Notes: a model not told the origin generated them from the sequence alone. 64,000 nucleotides of DNA from Elusimicrobiota bacterium (GCA_016706425.1 JADJJR010000001.1:385728-449727); one strand, 5' to 3'. Counted from the stretch's first letter, positions 45,401 through 52,599 are shown. Translations and numbers: made by a program.

Positions 45401-47174
45401 CTTTGACATGCCGTCCCTGGCGAACATCGGCGGCCCCACGGAGACGTTCCTCAAGTTGCTCCTCGTCTATGAACGCTTGGGCGTGCCTCTGATGGTGGAC
45501 CTGCGGGAATTGTTGGGCGAAGAGGGGCAGAACATTCCCCAGGCGGGAGGCCAGGAGATCGTCAACGGAAATTTTGGCCATCCGTTCTTGCGGACACCGC
45601 GCCGGGGGTACCGGGGTCTCCTGCGGCTGATCGGCGCGCGTCCGTCCCCGGCGGCGGTCATTCGGGATTGGCGCGAAACCCTGCGCAACGCCGCCTCGGT
45701 CGAAATCTTGGAGTCCAACGACCCCGCGCGGTTCGTCACGGTGCGGATCACCAACCAAGAGGGGTGGCAGCGCATCGAGGATTTGGATTTCAACCCCCAG
45801 GCCGGGCCGCCCGTGAACGACCGTTGGGTCCGTTGGAGCGCCGGCACGGCCCGGGCCGCCGCTCTCCTGGCCCCCGCCGTGGGCGTTCTGTTGATCGGCG
45901 CGTTGACCCCCGGCGCCGCCTGGGCCGTCGACGCCGCCTCCGGAGCGACGGGAGTCCTCGAGATCGTCGGTTGGACCGCTTTGGCCTGGGTCGCTTTGTC
46001 GGTGGTGGTCGTGTCGCTCGTGGCCCGCGCGGTGGGTCGCGGCAAGCGGGGGGAATGGGTCGAGTCGGTCCAGGTGAGCCCGTTGCCCTGGGGGAAAATC
46101 GTTCGGACGCTTCTGCGGGGCGCGGCCTGGGTTCATGACGAGCGGTCGTCGCTTCGCTTTCTCGGCCGGGCCGCCGAGGTGATCCGAACGGTGGGGCCGG
46201 AGGGCCTCAGCGCGGCCGAGCGGCGCGAGGTCCATTTCGCGGTTCAGGATTTGCGGGACCTTTTTTCTGGGAAAATGGTGCGCGGGAAGGCCCTGGAGGA
46301 GTTCCACAAAACCTTCGTTCGCCCGGGCGCCCCCGCGACGCCGGCTTGGTTGGAACCCGCCGCCGGCCGGGACGGCGCCATTTTGTCCGCCGCGGTGTGG
46401 GGCTCGCCCATCAATTTTGAAACGGCGTTCCGGCTGGAGGAGCGGAATTTGGCCTTCAAGCTCAACGAATTCCTTCCCTTTGAGGGCCCGTTGGACGTCC
46501 AAAGCGTTGACGGGCGTTCGCGCGGTCACGAATTCCTCACACGGCTGGCCCCGGCCCTGGCTCGAAGCGATTACCGTCGGCCCTTTGAAGCCGCGCTTCG
46601 AAAGACGCCGCCCTTCGAGCGGGGCCCGCTTCCCCCCTGGGAGGTGGTGTTGCACCGCCTCCGCCAAATGGCCCTCGGTGAATCGACTTTGAGCGCGCTC
46701 CCCCCGGGCGCCCCGGCCCAATTGGAGATTTGCAACTGGAACGACCGGGAAACCGTCCGCGACACCGTGGAACGGGTGCGGGCTATTAACCGCGGGGCCG
46801 ACACCCCGGTGCGGCTCATCCTGGCGGGGTCCGACGAATCCACCCGGGAGCGGTTGAACCGGTGGGCCGGGACGGATCCGTGGATCGCCGTGCTCGATCG
46901 GCCGGTGGCGCCCGCGGGGTCCTTGGACCTGAACGCCTTGGGCGAGAGCTACGCGCGCCTGATCGCCCGGCCGGACTGGGACAGGCCGTTGTCCCTGGCG
47001 GTCAGCGCCTCGGAGGGTTTGATCCAAAATGTGGGCACGGCCGCCGCGGCCGTCGCGGCTCTGCCCGCCGCCCTTGGGGAAGCCCTGCGTCGGTTCATGG
47101 AGGCCATGCCGCTCCGCCCCGTGGATTTTAACAGCCAAATCCAAGTTCTCCAAATTCTCGCCCAAAACGCTTAA
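33456..47174 (+). CDS. Giant 4572-aa multidomain membrane protein (HAD hydrolase, 4-alpha-glucanotransferase GH77, Ig/CBM-like, HATPase-like, GNAT, two GH13-like domains)
   Basis: Single uninterrupted frame with recognisable motifs along its length: DFDLTLW/IGDAPSD, RLDHVLG/WETLG/LHD, ARGQGVG/YRRLGF, RVDMA/MEA/TNFD twice. Confidence 0.85.
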   Translation: MFSPIVYRKTTAFCLSVAYALSNVVFVHSAESRFWADRQRARRSDQSDPRGWLAQAGPAALPNAALPRVAAVEPGAAARSAREERLPERLSPDHRRWLAAVPAARASLRRVTLPPQAPRGLVIHLQDVHHHVEAQKNLGGTVDALLAAGGRRSPWVALEGAFGPVDLSVPRAFPDPAALAAAAEEMLLQNEISGPIQALLTRAGPAPLVLGIDDPAHYAANVEAYRRAHPRLAAEKERLSRARAALEDEKAKTGNTALLDFDRRARAYHGGATRLGAFARSLAPLPKGRHPALAHFLDTLAMEDAIDFARVEAERGRVLERLARSLSPEDTARLVAQGVAYRSGELSAADFYLSLDELCQKAGVALSGTPAFADYLRYVLHAHRIDAEALFEDLRVREEAVVEGLLSTPVERRLWEESGRLALEEKLADFSLTPEEWAGLAAKGPARSAVLAYAERFYVEAQSRDEAMAAGMLKKLADAPEALLVTGGYHARGLTERLTRAGYAVASVVPKLTNIEGPQGAAYLAVFAEEKTPLDRLFEGPKLFLAAPPASDESLARTELTAGAVAVGGEPDGALPGPVRDHLKRTFTVIDGGRKGGVSSVRVRHRGRTIVASFDPTKPGGRKARWGLVGRARPTREDFRRWTGRIGSRARNLLRGAWGAPPSVAVVSPAAVRRLDPRAVFIDFDLTLWAGYPFDPQANLFVDRLFNGDPAKRAPMARFLKRISGLGEADKLAALRNDRALGFPPMDAAAWTAVYREVRALIKARIESNFDPRLVPGAMELLQAVKASGRPVFVLTGGNAAECRARAERLGLAPFLDGYFGDGDKAARLAEALKKENLAPHQALMIGDAPSDMEAARSQGVLGVGLALEPADDVLLKEAGAGVLVRRAFNDPGALLGVLKLETPPTVFPARAGMRTAVGTYAPLFQIRSDRDWGIGDFGTAARTAELHRALGLTLLQIEPLNMSSAGNSPYSVASSRAIEPNRIDVEAAVARFAPQGETAAWVAAAEIQRRIAALRASPRVRYAEVDALKREALSRLWAEVKDTPAVRAALAEFRGANEAWLTDHLLYVVLKRRFLAEPPGAAAGPMWDWRNWPAGLRDRDRGALRRARIDNREALAFETFLQFLAADQRRRFVDQSRRLGVEVMLDIPFALDGADLWIHPEVFGLKKSDGYRRSVTQGVPPESAYPAGQYWQFYPFDWSNPASADFIDELLRFNQRWASCVRLDHVLGYYRSYLFSEDARGRLTLESLGLYRALRELQERGRAAGDDVKRAAVDEARRLLLEKFQRLDRGTPVEDNSLPAVLRGRLFGADGALTPDAALIVARSADGTPPGGSWNRQYVVEKAVFEDRPWWDFLRLTPRSDGGDGGFLWEYLFGSGGDVRPTDSLRPAAFVRAPGEEILSRLLATAQANGTQLVWETLGTVPPGVPESVRRLGGTDYLPVIYGENPGSLYHPTRHTANAYVTMGLHDSTTLRHRWENEWSEADRRHLWGLMRPDRAPPEDLRSFTPDVRDGLIALVMKSPARIAALTWTDLLGLGEEHRINAPGVQDGQWTGRWPFTVEEMGRVLATNDADHPAHGALTALPRLVAEGGRHRGAAPPTGLLRTDPETDGVMVQIRPFGQPFVIDAYVNRPGGVPRWRVQDPEGRTLADLPLKGGDSVGSLVGGTPPGVTRWRTEWRAPRPGDYTFTVEIDGATSAPGRLRAVPVGTDLNPLSPGYGQHKPSLLARLGRGVVSLLVVLSLGVGSSFPVDAREERIFAEQGWTVLGAEDSGPGARAIRTPAGAFTELKILKGKVQVGSIKGNGYFRLTPPDTVWGTSFVTPGYWADGRQHITLITDATYSTDEEGRLTVKGRLDSPHVSANDWTWTFRPSDPSGGVETGLAFTLKANREFALDPDRADSGEAMKIAQFSSMNIGSDWDADGVTAGDRSGSLARADARVFDWPVPLGRGQEVVLANDGLSRPRQTPTTFFRVDKSPGPLLVQGWVTRSNDPNDDNVGVWLAWDGRGQTRFRPGDVIGGPVELIAGARPPGDPPTLPPASGFSSIDEASFRRAQKSVESMGEFLRDYFAARGFAPRAEHVLRGIAEHYTAPRAPHRPYADLAAEFTPGRLDSMVKAGELRRLPPGGSWIPPDWEWKGRPIGRWYAVYVAGALEGAGVLALAAKGFPLLLAALAPGLGDSLVFDVLRTVTAGGGAWALFRYLHWPLNRDALSNASVVKLGAAMFLAGVLAGFPWWEPLAGNILFGALLAFVSIEHYRENFKIFSEVKPATGGAEESPVPRVRPRDPMEVLRGLTETAPPGWGSWQILRGKDSVVLHAYVEAFGREPVNQFEMKVRLGAVDDWGGTWNRVQEFSMTDPLKGAYWRNGEAFFSTRLQVPPGKYEYEFLLRKYPTGPWIKEKGKTRVHRLLADPGGARFALRQKFVPIRQGQGTTWQARRLSDRLGAGFVNAEPERGAKIILHALKDIVYYAVENTQQHGRPGAEAFVDAWVEGDALFVEVVNPSDLPLPAELDGEYSVTSPNPPVPKEKRGPGSRRGEAVARVRSLVNKVYSDAAVASVLAPRARWSWRREPATGAVVFRLSIPLPEVGKAALAPSAPFGAEEVEIAPLTPESARRFEADLLAMERGRPGGWRTLSRFLEEKRAATGTPLEGKWEFSFLAVVKGRAVGYLIGVRPNADKPYAREDLALRGLPVSKGLVVFRAGVLDSARGQGVGRRLWRAAAEAAEAAGIDYIYQDARVDNTRARDLYRRLGFVDIAGFNDSSKDIDYMAMVARTRDLRSSTGGRAPGIASQVLGLSGLVFMAEALERYLSWMGGLLWMAPPGATGPPAALIARAVESARSVDRAMSTGGYDRLTGLAGDLKAALLNLGKGPAGLRSLLENTLETAELAVAQLGPEVARRSLDAPRVSFLFVAAETALLANDAPAAAKALDALESIRPGLLFKEAQYHGTLRWALAVVRNEPDAAARFQSAVAHRFVDGLLGWTEESFHARFLGRDGGTAGGDAAPMSLTLAAAAPRVAPTDLRALIKEAVGAPASVSTARARRLGVPADEWSRWLDQLKSRGLLTGDGAGPSTARPRGGAGRLTLWVLAAGLGLLWMAFGPFPIGAAEWHQTVFSAAGVLPWLALGTNRPVPPDRRRPVEQAPLGRVAAVNLMDAGSRIEGDGFTTARGLAKVARLFPTLARRGFTQVYLYNGLYAMSALGDMIHRDGGASPRLVKSGPAQVRVEGYTPKRMERDGLVYRDHGNNFSIASMDRLNPAVVDGVTNEERWARFAEAVAAARRAGLGVVVDFNPWISPDALTPETARWAEEVRPVVGADRDRSDEELLAQPDNAEFALLTFGAERLLVKNCFPGKDQMKPNPRHPDYAAYLDRSLRRLIDAGVTGVRVDMAGDLTVSQVGVDWEFWGRLIEDARRYAESKGQKIHFIMEAFKDNWPERFLDRYPDNYVYHAAPFHIFRALAKGDRAALPELRRDLDDILSRRRGQYVVYPTNFDEPSLRAMGGPTAAFVAMLLTYERLGLPLLLDLRELMGEEGQNIPQAGGETRDEAGRFQHPFSNPARRDWREFRRRLEREDPLGVGPWVAELAAADRVEVLDTSDPTRYFAVRLTWENGEEVVRVFDFFPEDPTEEKDVPLPANPPNIPSFRTAMVNLMDVGSHLRAAKMATDRGLAKATRLLPFLAEIGMNDIYIHNGLYEPSAAGVVVHTESTAAPNLLRFGPATVFVQDYTPKRMTVTVDGRSIELGDDFGNNYAVDDMNRLNPAVVDGDTNEDRWSSLASFTAAARQKGLTVTVDLVPWLTPLNVTFDRLGWAKEVVKVEGERAALSDRALLEANRDHVLLTFPEGRFLVRRYMGVDQIAPDFTHPQYFSYLESHLRRLIDAGVSRVRVDMAHDLIDPARDPQWDLWTKLINGAKAHAARRGLSFHFLMEAYGPWAVEFLRRFPEEQVYHVDPHHNYRRVAAGNDPRALPDLLAALNYARDVQKGRFVAFPTNFDMPSLANIGGPTETFLKLLLVYERLGVPLMVDLRELLGEEGQNIPQAGGQEIVNGNFGHPFLRTPRRGYRGLLRLIGARPSPAAVIRDWRETLRNAASVEILESNDPARFVTVRITNQEGWQRIEDLDFNPQAGPPVNDRWVRWSAGTARAAALLAPAVGVLLIGALTPGAAWAVDAASGATGVLEIVGWTALAWVALSVVVVSLVARAVGRGKRGEWVESVQVSPLPWGKIVRTLLRGAAWVHDERSSLRFLGRAAEVIRTVGPEGLSAAERREVHFAVQDLRDLFSGKMVRGKALEEFHKTFVRPGAPATPAWLEPAAGRDGAILSAAVWGSPINFETAFRLEERNLAFKLNEFLPFEGPLDVQSVDGRSRGHEFLTRLAPALARSDYRRPFEAALRKTPPFERGPLPPWEVVLHRLRQMALGESTLSALPPGAPAQLEICNWNDRETVRDTVERVRAINRGADTPVRLILAGSDESTRERLNRWAGTDPWIAVLDRPVAPAGSLDLNALGESYARLIARPDWDRPLSLAVSASEGLIQNVGTAAAAVAALPAALGEALRRFMEAMPLRPVDFNSQIQVLQILAQNA

Positions 47175-47257
47175 CCCGAAATCACCGTCGGCGTTGTGGG
47201 GTTCAGCGGAATCCCCCCCGGCGCCGTCGAAATCGATGGAACTGGTAAAATGCGCGG

Positions 47258-48334
47258 GTGCGACCCGCCCCCGCGACGTTTCAAAAGAAACTCCTCGCCT
47301 GGTACCGCGTCCACGGGCGGCACGATCTGCCCTGGCGGCGCTCCTGGGACCCCTACCCCGTCCTGGTCTCGGAACTCATGCTGCAACAAACGACCGTGGC
47401 GACGGTCATCCCCTACTTCGAGCGTTTCCTTCAACGCTTTCCGACCCTCGCCGCCCTGGCGTCGGCGCGGTTGGAAAGCGTTTTGGAATTGTGGTCGGGG
47501 TTGGGTTATTACGCCCGGGCCCGCAACCTCCACCGCGCCGCGCAAATTCTGGTGAACCGGCACGGCGGCCGCATGCCCCGCGACCGGGAAGCCGTGGATG
47601 CCCTGCCGGGCGTGGGGCCCTACACGGCGGGAGCGGTGTTGTCCTTCGCCTTCAATCAACCCGCGGCGCTGGTGGACGGCAACGTGATCCGGGTCTTGGC
47701 CCGGGTTTACGGCGTCCGGCAAAACACGAAAACCGCCCCGGTATCGAAACGGCTCTGGGCCTTGGCGAAAGCCTTGACGCCCCCCGGCGGGGCCCGGCAC
47801 TACAATTCCGCCCTGATGGATTTGGGAGCCACCGTGTGCCGCCCCGCCGCGCCCGATTGCGCGCGGTGCCCCTTGTCGGGGGTTTGTTGGGCCCGTCGAC
47901 AGGACCGCGTCGCCGACATCCCCGCCACCGGCGGCGAGCCCGCCAAAAAAACAATTTATTGGCACGCGGCGATGGTTGAGAAGGACGGCCGCTGGCTCCT
48001 TCGCCGGCGACCCTCCACCGGGCTCTACGCGGGTCTGTGGGAGTTCCCCGGATTGGAATTCGCGAGTCCGCCGTCCCGGACCGAGATCCCCCGCCTTTTT
48101 CGGGACCGCTTCGGCGTGCGCCCGCGCTCGGTCCGCGCGCCCACGCCTTTGCGGCATGTGTTGTCCCACCGGGAGATATTCATGTTCCCGTGGTTGTGCG
48201 AATCCGTGGCGCCGTTTGGGGGCGGGCGTTGGGTGGCGTCCCGGGATGTTCCGCGGCTTGCGATTTCCAGTTTGACCCGCAAGCTCTGGGGAGGGATCGG
48301 GCTGGATTTCACGAACACAGGGAGGATCCTATGA
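47258..48334 (+). CDS. mutY: A/G-specific adenine glycosylase
   Basis: LPWRR, VSELMLQQT, GLGYYARARNLH, LPGVGPYTA, VDGNV, CX6CX2CX5C Fe-S motif, GLWEFPG. Confidence 0.96.
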   Translation: MRPAPATFQKKLLAWYRVHGRHDLPWRRSWDPYPVLVSELMLQQTTVATVIPYFERFLQRFPTLAALASARLESVLELWSGLGYYARARNLHRAAQILVNRHGGRMPRDREAVDALPGVGPYTAGAVLSFAFNQPAALVDGNVIRVLARVYGVRQNTKTAPVSKRLWALAKALTPPGGARHYNSALMDLGATVCRPAAPDCARCPLSGVCWARRQDRVADIPATGGEPAKKTIYWHAAMVEKDGRWLLRRRPSTGLYAGLWEFPGLEFASPPSRTEIPRLFRDRFGVRPRSVRAPTPLRHVLSHREIFMFPWLCESVAPFGGGRWVASRDVPRLAISSLTRKLWGGIGLDFTNTGRIL

Positions 48335-48669
48335 AACGATGGGTTTGGTTGGCGCTGACCGTGGGAATAGGGCTTGGAGCGGCGGGGGCGGCGAGCGTTC
48401 GCGCCTTTCGGCAGGGGGTCTATTATTCCAACGATGTCGCGGAGGAAAAATTGGATTTTGGGACCGTGGACAAAGGCGCGCGATTCAGCCAGGGGCGTTC
48501 CCTGGGGTTCGTGCCGGCCGGTTACGGTCGACTGGTGGGAATCACTTCGAGCGGGGCCAACGCCGTGCTTTGGTTTGAGGATGAGGGGAAAACGCTTCGG
48601 AACGTCTGGGTAGAGGACGGCCGGCTCGTCCGCGTTCACCGGGGAGGAACGTTTGAGGACCGGCCTTAA
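48331..48669 (+). CDS. Small exported hypothetical protein
   Basis: GGAGG SD and ATG overlapping the mutY stop; signal-like N-terminus. Confidence 0.65.
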   Translation: MKRWVWLALTVGIGLGAAGAASVRAFRQGVYYSNDVAEEKLDFGTVDKGARFSQGRSLGFVPAGYGRLVGITSSGANAVLWFEDEGKTLRNVWVEDGRLVRVHRGGTFEDRP

Positions 48670-48682
48670 AGGGGAATAATAA

Positions 48683-48705
48683 AGGCCCGCCTTCGGGGCG
48701 GGCCT
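48683..48705 (-). terminator. Intrinsic terminator
   Basis: AGGCCCGCC / GGCGGGCCT stem preceded by AATAATAAA (U-rich tail on the minus strand), between convergent genes. Confidence 0.7.
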
Positions 48706-48720
48706 GGGGTGCCCTTCGGG

Positions 48721-49059
48721 TCAATCGGCCAGTTCGATTCCCTGAAGTCTCGCTCTCTCCTGCATGCGGAGGCGGTGTTCCATGCGCAACCGCGCCCGCT
48801 CCTCTTCGGTTTTGCATTCCTTCAACTGTTTGCGGTACTGCGCTCTTTCTTGTTTTGTCATCAACTCATCGCCGAAAACGCCCTCTTTTTGGCGTTTTTG
48901 CGTTCGCGCCTCCTCCCTTTCCTGGGTTCGGGTCTCTTGCCGAACCTCGGCTTCGGTCCTCGTTCGGTTGGACACCGGTGTTTTTGGAGGGTTGGCGGCG
49001 CTAAGCGACATCGTCCCCAGCCCCAACAAAACAACCGCCCACCTTGGCCACGCTCTCAT
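48721..49059 (-). CDS. Periplasmic charged helical hypothetical protein
   Basis: ATG at 49059, signal peptide, GDELMTKQERAQYR...EHRLRMQERA. Confidence 0.7.
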   Translation of the reverse strand: MRAWPRWAVVLLGLGTMSLSAANPPKTPVSNRTRTEAEVRQETRTQEREEARTQKRQKEGVFGDELMTKQERAQYRKQLKECKTEEERARLRMEHRLRMQERARLQGIELAD

Positions 49060-49177
49060 GACACGCTCCTCACTGGCATTTATCTGACGCTTTAACGGAC
49101 ACAAAAGTTTAGTCCCCGGAACCAAACCGCGCCTTCGGTGTCGTACCAACAAGGGGACACTTCCCCCGGAGGCGTCT

Positions 49178-50302
49178 ATGAAACGGATCTCAGCGGTGAT
49201 TCTGTCTTTCTTTGTCGTGTCGGCCGGGGCTCATCCCGTCGATCCCCGGCCCGATCGGCCCCTGGTGCAATTGGCTCTTTTGCTCGACACGTCCAACAGC
49301 ATGGACGGGTTGATCGACCAGGCCAAATCCCAGCTCTGGCGCATCGTGAACGACCTGGCCGGCTCCCGTTGCCGGGGGCACGCGCCCCGCATCGAAGTCG
49401 CGCTTTACGAATACGGCAATTCCGGCCTCTCGGCGGGGGAAAAATACCTGCGGCAGGTCTTGCCCTTCACCCGCGACCTGGACCGGGTGTCCGAGATGTT
49501 GTTCGGCCTGCGGACCAACGGGGGCGAAGAGTATTGCGGGGCGGTGATCAAGGACGCCGTCAAAAACCTTCAATGGGACGGCCGCGCGTCGACCTACAAA
49601 ACCCTCTTCATCGCCGGCAACGAACCCTTCACCCAGGGGGATGTGAACTTCCGCGACGCCGTCCAAAAGGCCGTGGACAGGGGCGTGGTCGTCAACACGA
49701 TCTTCTGCGGCGACCGACGCGAGGGCCTTGAAACCGGCTGGCGGGACGGGGCCGACCGCGGGCGGGGGGCGTTCCTGACCATCAACCAGGACCGGGACAT
49801 CGTGGTGCGGCGCAGTCCCTACGACGACGAGATCGAACGACTGGGTCGGTTGTTCAACGACACCTTCGTCTATTTCGGCGCCCGGGCGGAAGAAACGGCC
49901 GCGCGGCAAAGCCGGGCCGACGCCGCGGCCCTCAAGGCCGCGCCGGCCGGGGCTTCCGTGGAGCGTTCGCTTTTCAAATCCAAACGGCAGTACAGCGAGT
50001 CCCTGGCGGCGGAAGACGCCGTGAGCGCCGTGGTCAGCGGTCGAATGAAAGCCGTCGAGCTCGAGGCCAAAGACCTGCCGGCCGAAATGCGCGGAAAGGA
50101 CGCGAAGGAACTGGAGGGCGCGTTGAAGGCCAAACAGGCCGAACGAGAAAAGATTCAATCGGAATTGGACGCGCTGGGTAAGAAACGGGAAAAATTCCTG
50201 GCCGAGAAACCCGCGGACGCCAAAGACACCCTCGACCGAGCGATCCTCGACGCCGTCCGGGAACAGGCCCGGGGCCTGGGGTACGCCTTCGACAGCAAGT
50301 GA
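49178..50302 (+). CDS. Secreted von Willebrand factor A domain protein
   Basis: Signal peptide, MIDAS LDTSNSMDG, TNGGEEYCG, FIAGNEPF, helical C-terminus. Confidence 0.85.
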   Translation: MKRISAVILSFFVVSAGAHPVDPRPDRPLVQLALLLDTSNSMDGLIDQAKSQLWRIVNDLAGSRCRGHAPRIEVALYEYGNSGLSAGEKYLRQVLPFTRDLDRVSEMLFGLRTNGGEEYCGAVIKDAVKNLQWDGRASTYKTLFIAGNEPFTQGDVNFRDAVQKAVDRGVVVNTIFCGDRREGLETGWRDGADRGRGAFLTINQDRDIVVRRSPYDDEIERLGRLFNDTFVYFGARAEETAARQSRADAAALKAAPAGASVERSLFKSKRQYSESLAAEDAVSAVVSGRMKAVELEAKDLPAEMRGKDAKELEGALKAKQAEREKIQSELDALGKKREKFLAEKPADAKDTLDRAILDAVREQARGLGYAFDSK

Positions 50303-50312
50303 GGCAATAAAC

Positions 50313-50347
50313 AAAAGGGGCGCGGGCCGTGGGCCCGCGCCCCTTTT
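50313..50347. terminator. Bidirectional intrinsic terminator
   Basis: AAAAGGGGCGCGGGCC-GTG-GGCCCGCGCCCCTTTT perfect 16-bp inverted repeat between convergent genes. Confidence 0.9.
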
Positions 50348-51037
50348 TTATTTGGGATCGGCGAAGCGGTGGCGGATGTCTTTGCCCTGGACCATAAAGA
50401 TGACGTCCTCGGCGATGTTGGTGGCGTGGTCGCCGATGCGTTCCATGTTCTTGGCCAGCAGGATCAAGTCCACGAATTGGGTGGAATGGGTCGGGTCTTT
50501 CTTGATCAAATCGATCAGGCTGGTGATCGCCTCGGCCTTGAGTTTGTCCTCTTCCTCGTCCTGGGGGAAGACGCCCTGGGCCAGATTTACGTCGCCCCGG
50601 GAGAAAGCGTCCAGGGCCTCGCGCAGCATTTTTTGGGAGATCTCCGCCATGCGGAAGACCAGGCTCACCTGGGGCACGGGTGTTTCCTTGAAGAGGTGGT
50701 AATAACAGGTCTGTGAGGCGTTCACGGCCTGGTCGGCGATCCGCTCCAAATCCGAATTGATTTTCATGGCCGCGGTGATGAGGCGCAGGTCCGCCGCCAT
50801 GGGTTGGTGCAGGGCGATGAGCTTCAGGCAGCGGTCGTCGACCTCCACGTGCATGTGGTTGACCTGCTCCTCCAGGGTAAACACCTCCTGGGTGAGCTTT
50901 TCGTTCCGTTCGCGCAGGGCGCGAACGGCCTTCTGGATCATGTCCTCGGCGGTGGCGCCCATGCGGAGCAGGAGCTCCTTGAGGCGGTTGAGTTCTTCGT
51001 CGAAATGGCGTTCCACGGGGTTCTCCTTTTTATCCAA
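50348..51037 (-). CDS. phoU: Phosphate signalling protein PhoU
   Basis: [33 protein letters not shown]. Confidence 0.96.
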   Translation of the reverse strand: MDKKENPVERHFDEELNRLKELLLRMGATAEDMIQKAVRALRERNEKLTQEVFTLEEQVNHMHVEVDDRCLKLIALHQPMAADLRLITAAMKINSDLERIADQAVNASQTCYYHLFKETPVPQVSLVFRMAEISQKMLREALDAFSRGDVNLAQGVFPQDEEEDKLKAEAITSLIDLIKKDPTHSTQFVDLILLAKNMERIGDHATNIAEDVIFMVQGKDIRHRFADPK

Positions 51038-51860
51038 AACGGCCGGTGATGTATTGTTCGGTGCGCGGGTCCTGGGGGCTGGTGAAGATCTGCCCCGTCG
51101 GGCCGTATTCCACCAGGTCGCCCAGGAGGAAATAGGCCGTGCGCGAGGAAACGCGCGCGGCCTGTTGCATGTTGTGCGTCACGATCACGATGGCGTAGCG
51201 TTGTTTGAGGTCGATGATCATCTCCTCGATGCGCTGGGTCGCCAACGGGTCGAGGGCGGAGCAGGGCTCGTCCATGAGAAGGACTTCGGGCTCCACCGCC
51301 AACAAACGGGAAATGCACAACCGTTGCTGTTGCTCGGGGGAAAGCGCGAGGGCCGGGGCGTCGAGGCGGTCCTTCACCTCGTCCCACAACCCCGTGGACC
51401 TCAGGCATTTCTCCACCAGTTCCCGCAGCCCCGCGCCCTGCACGGCGTGGTGGACCCGGGGCCCGTAGGCCACGTTTTCGAAAACGCTGATGGGGAAGGG
51501 GTTGGGCCGCTGGAACACCATACCCACGCGTTTGCGCAGGCCGATGAGGTCGGCCTTGGGCGCGTAAATGTTCTTGCCGCGCAGAAGGACTTCGCCCTCG
51601 ACGCGCGCGCCGTTGATTAAATCGTTCAGACGGTTCAGCGTTCGCAAAAGGGTCGATTTGCCGCAACCCGACGGACCGATGAAGGCCGTGATCGCCCGGT
51701 CCGGAATCGCGATGTGAATGTTTTGGAGGGCCTGGAAGTTGCCGTAAAAAAAGTTTAAATCCCGCGTCTCCAACACCGGGGTCTCGGTGGGCGCGTTCTG
51801 GGCCGCCGCGGGACGGTCCGGGGTTTTCTCGGGGGTTTTAACCAAAACGTCCGGAGACAT
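51030..51860 (-). CDS. pstB: Phosphate ABC ATPase PstB (signature degenerate, LSPEQ)
   Basis: [47 protein letters not shown]. Confidence 0.94.
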   Translation of the reverse strand: MSPDVLVKTPEKTPDRPAAAQNAPTETPVLETRDLNFFYGNFQALQNIHIAIPDRAITAFIGPSGCGKSTLLRTLNRLNDLINGARVEGEVLLRGKNIYAPKADLIGLRKRVGMVFQRPNPFPISVFENVAYGPRVHHAVQGAGLRELVEKCLRSTGLWDEVKDRLDAPALALSPEQQQRLCISRLLAVEPEVLLMDEPCSALDPLATQRIEEMIIDLKQRYAIVIVTHNMQQAARVSSRTAYFLLGDLVEYGPTGQIFTSPQDPRTEQYITGRFG

Positions 51861-52599
51861 AGTCGGCCGTCCTTTGTTCTTTGGGGCTGGTGAAAATTTG
51901 CCCGGTTTCGCCTTCTTCGATCAGTTGGCCCATCAGTAAAAAAGCCGTCCGGTCCGAGGTGCGCGACGCCTGTTTGACGTTGTTGGTCACCAGCACGATG
52001 GACATTTTTTCCTTGAGACCTTTCAAGGCCTCTTCGATCTTGGCGGTGGAGATGGGGTCCAGGCCCGAGCAGGGTTCGTCCAGAAGCAGGATGTCCGGCG
52101 CGAGCATGAGGCTGCGCGCGAGGCAAAGACGTTGTTGTTGGCCTCCCGACAGTTCCAAGGCCGACGCGCCCAGCCGGTCTTTGACCTCATCCCAAAGGAA
52201 GGCGGCGCGCAGGCTTTCCTCCACGCGGCCCCGGGGCGTTTGGGCCCCCTGAAAGCGAAGGCCCAGGCGCAAATTGTCTTCAATGGACATGGGCAAGGGC
52301 GTTGGCACGGCGAACATCATGCTGATCCGCCGTCGCAGCGACGCCACGTCGGTTTTGGGGTCCAAAAGGTCACGGTCGTCCAAAAGAATTTCGCCCCGCA
52401 CCTCCAGGTTGTCCTCCAGGTCGGTGAGCCGGTTGAGGCACCGCAACAGCGTGGTTTTGCCGCCGCCGGCCGGGCCGATGATGGCGAGGATCTCGTTTTG
52501 AGACACGTCCAACGACACGTCGTTCAAGAGGGTTTTGCCCCCCGCCCGGACGGTGAGGTTCCGCACCCGGATTTTTTCGGCGGCGCCCAGGCGGCTCAT
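51838..52599 (-). CDS. pstB: Phosphate ABC ATPase PstB paralog (Q-loop and H-switch degenerate)
   Basis: ATG at 52599. [47 protein letters not shown]. Confidence 0.9.
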   Translation of the reverse strand: MSRLGAAEKIRVRNLTVRAGGKTLLNDVSLDVSQNEILAIIGPAGGGKTTLLRCLNRLTDLEDNLEVRGEILLDDRDLLDPKTDVASLRRRISMMFAVPTPLPMSIEDNLRLGLRFQGAQTPRGRVEESLRAAFLWDEVKDRLGASALELSGGQQQRLCLARSLMLAPDILLLDEPCSGLDPISTAKIEEALKGLKEKMSIVLVTNNVKQASRTSDRTAFLLMGQLIEEGETGQIFTSPKEQRTADYVSGRFG

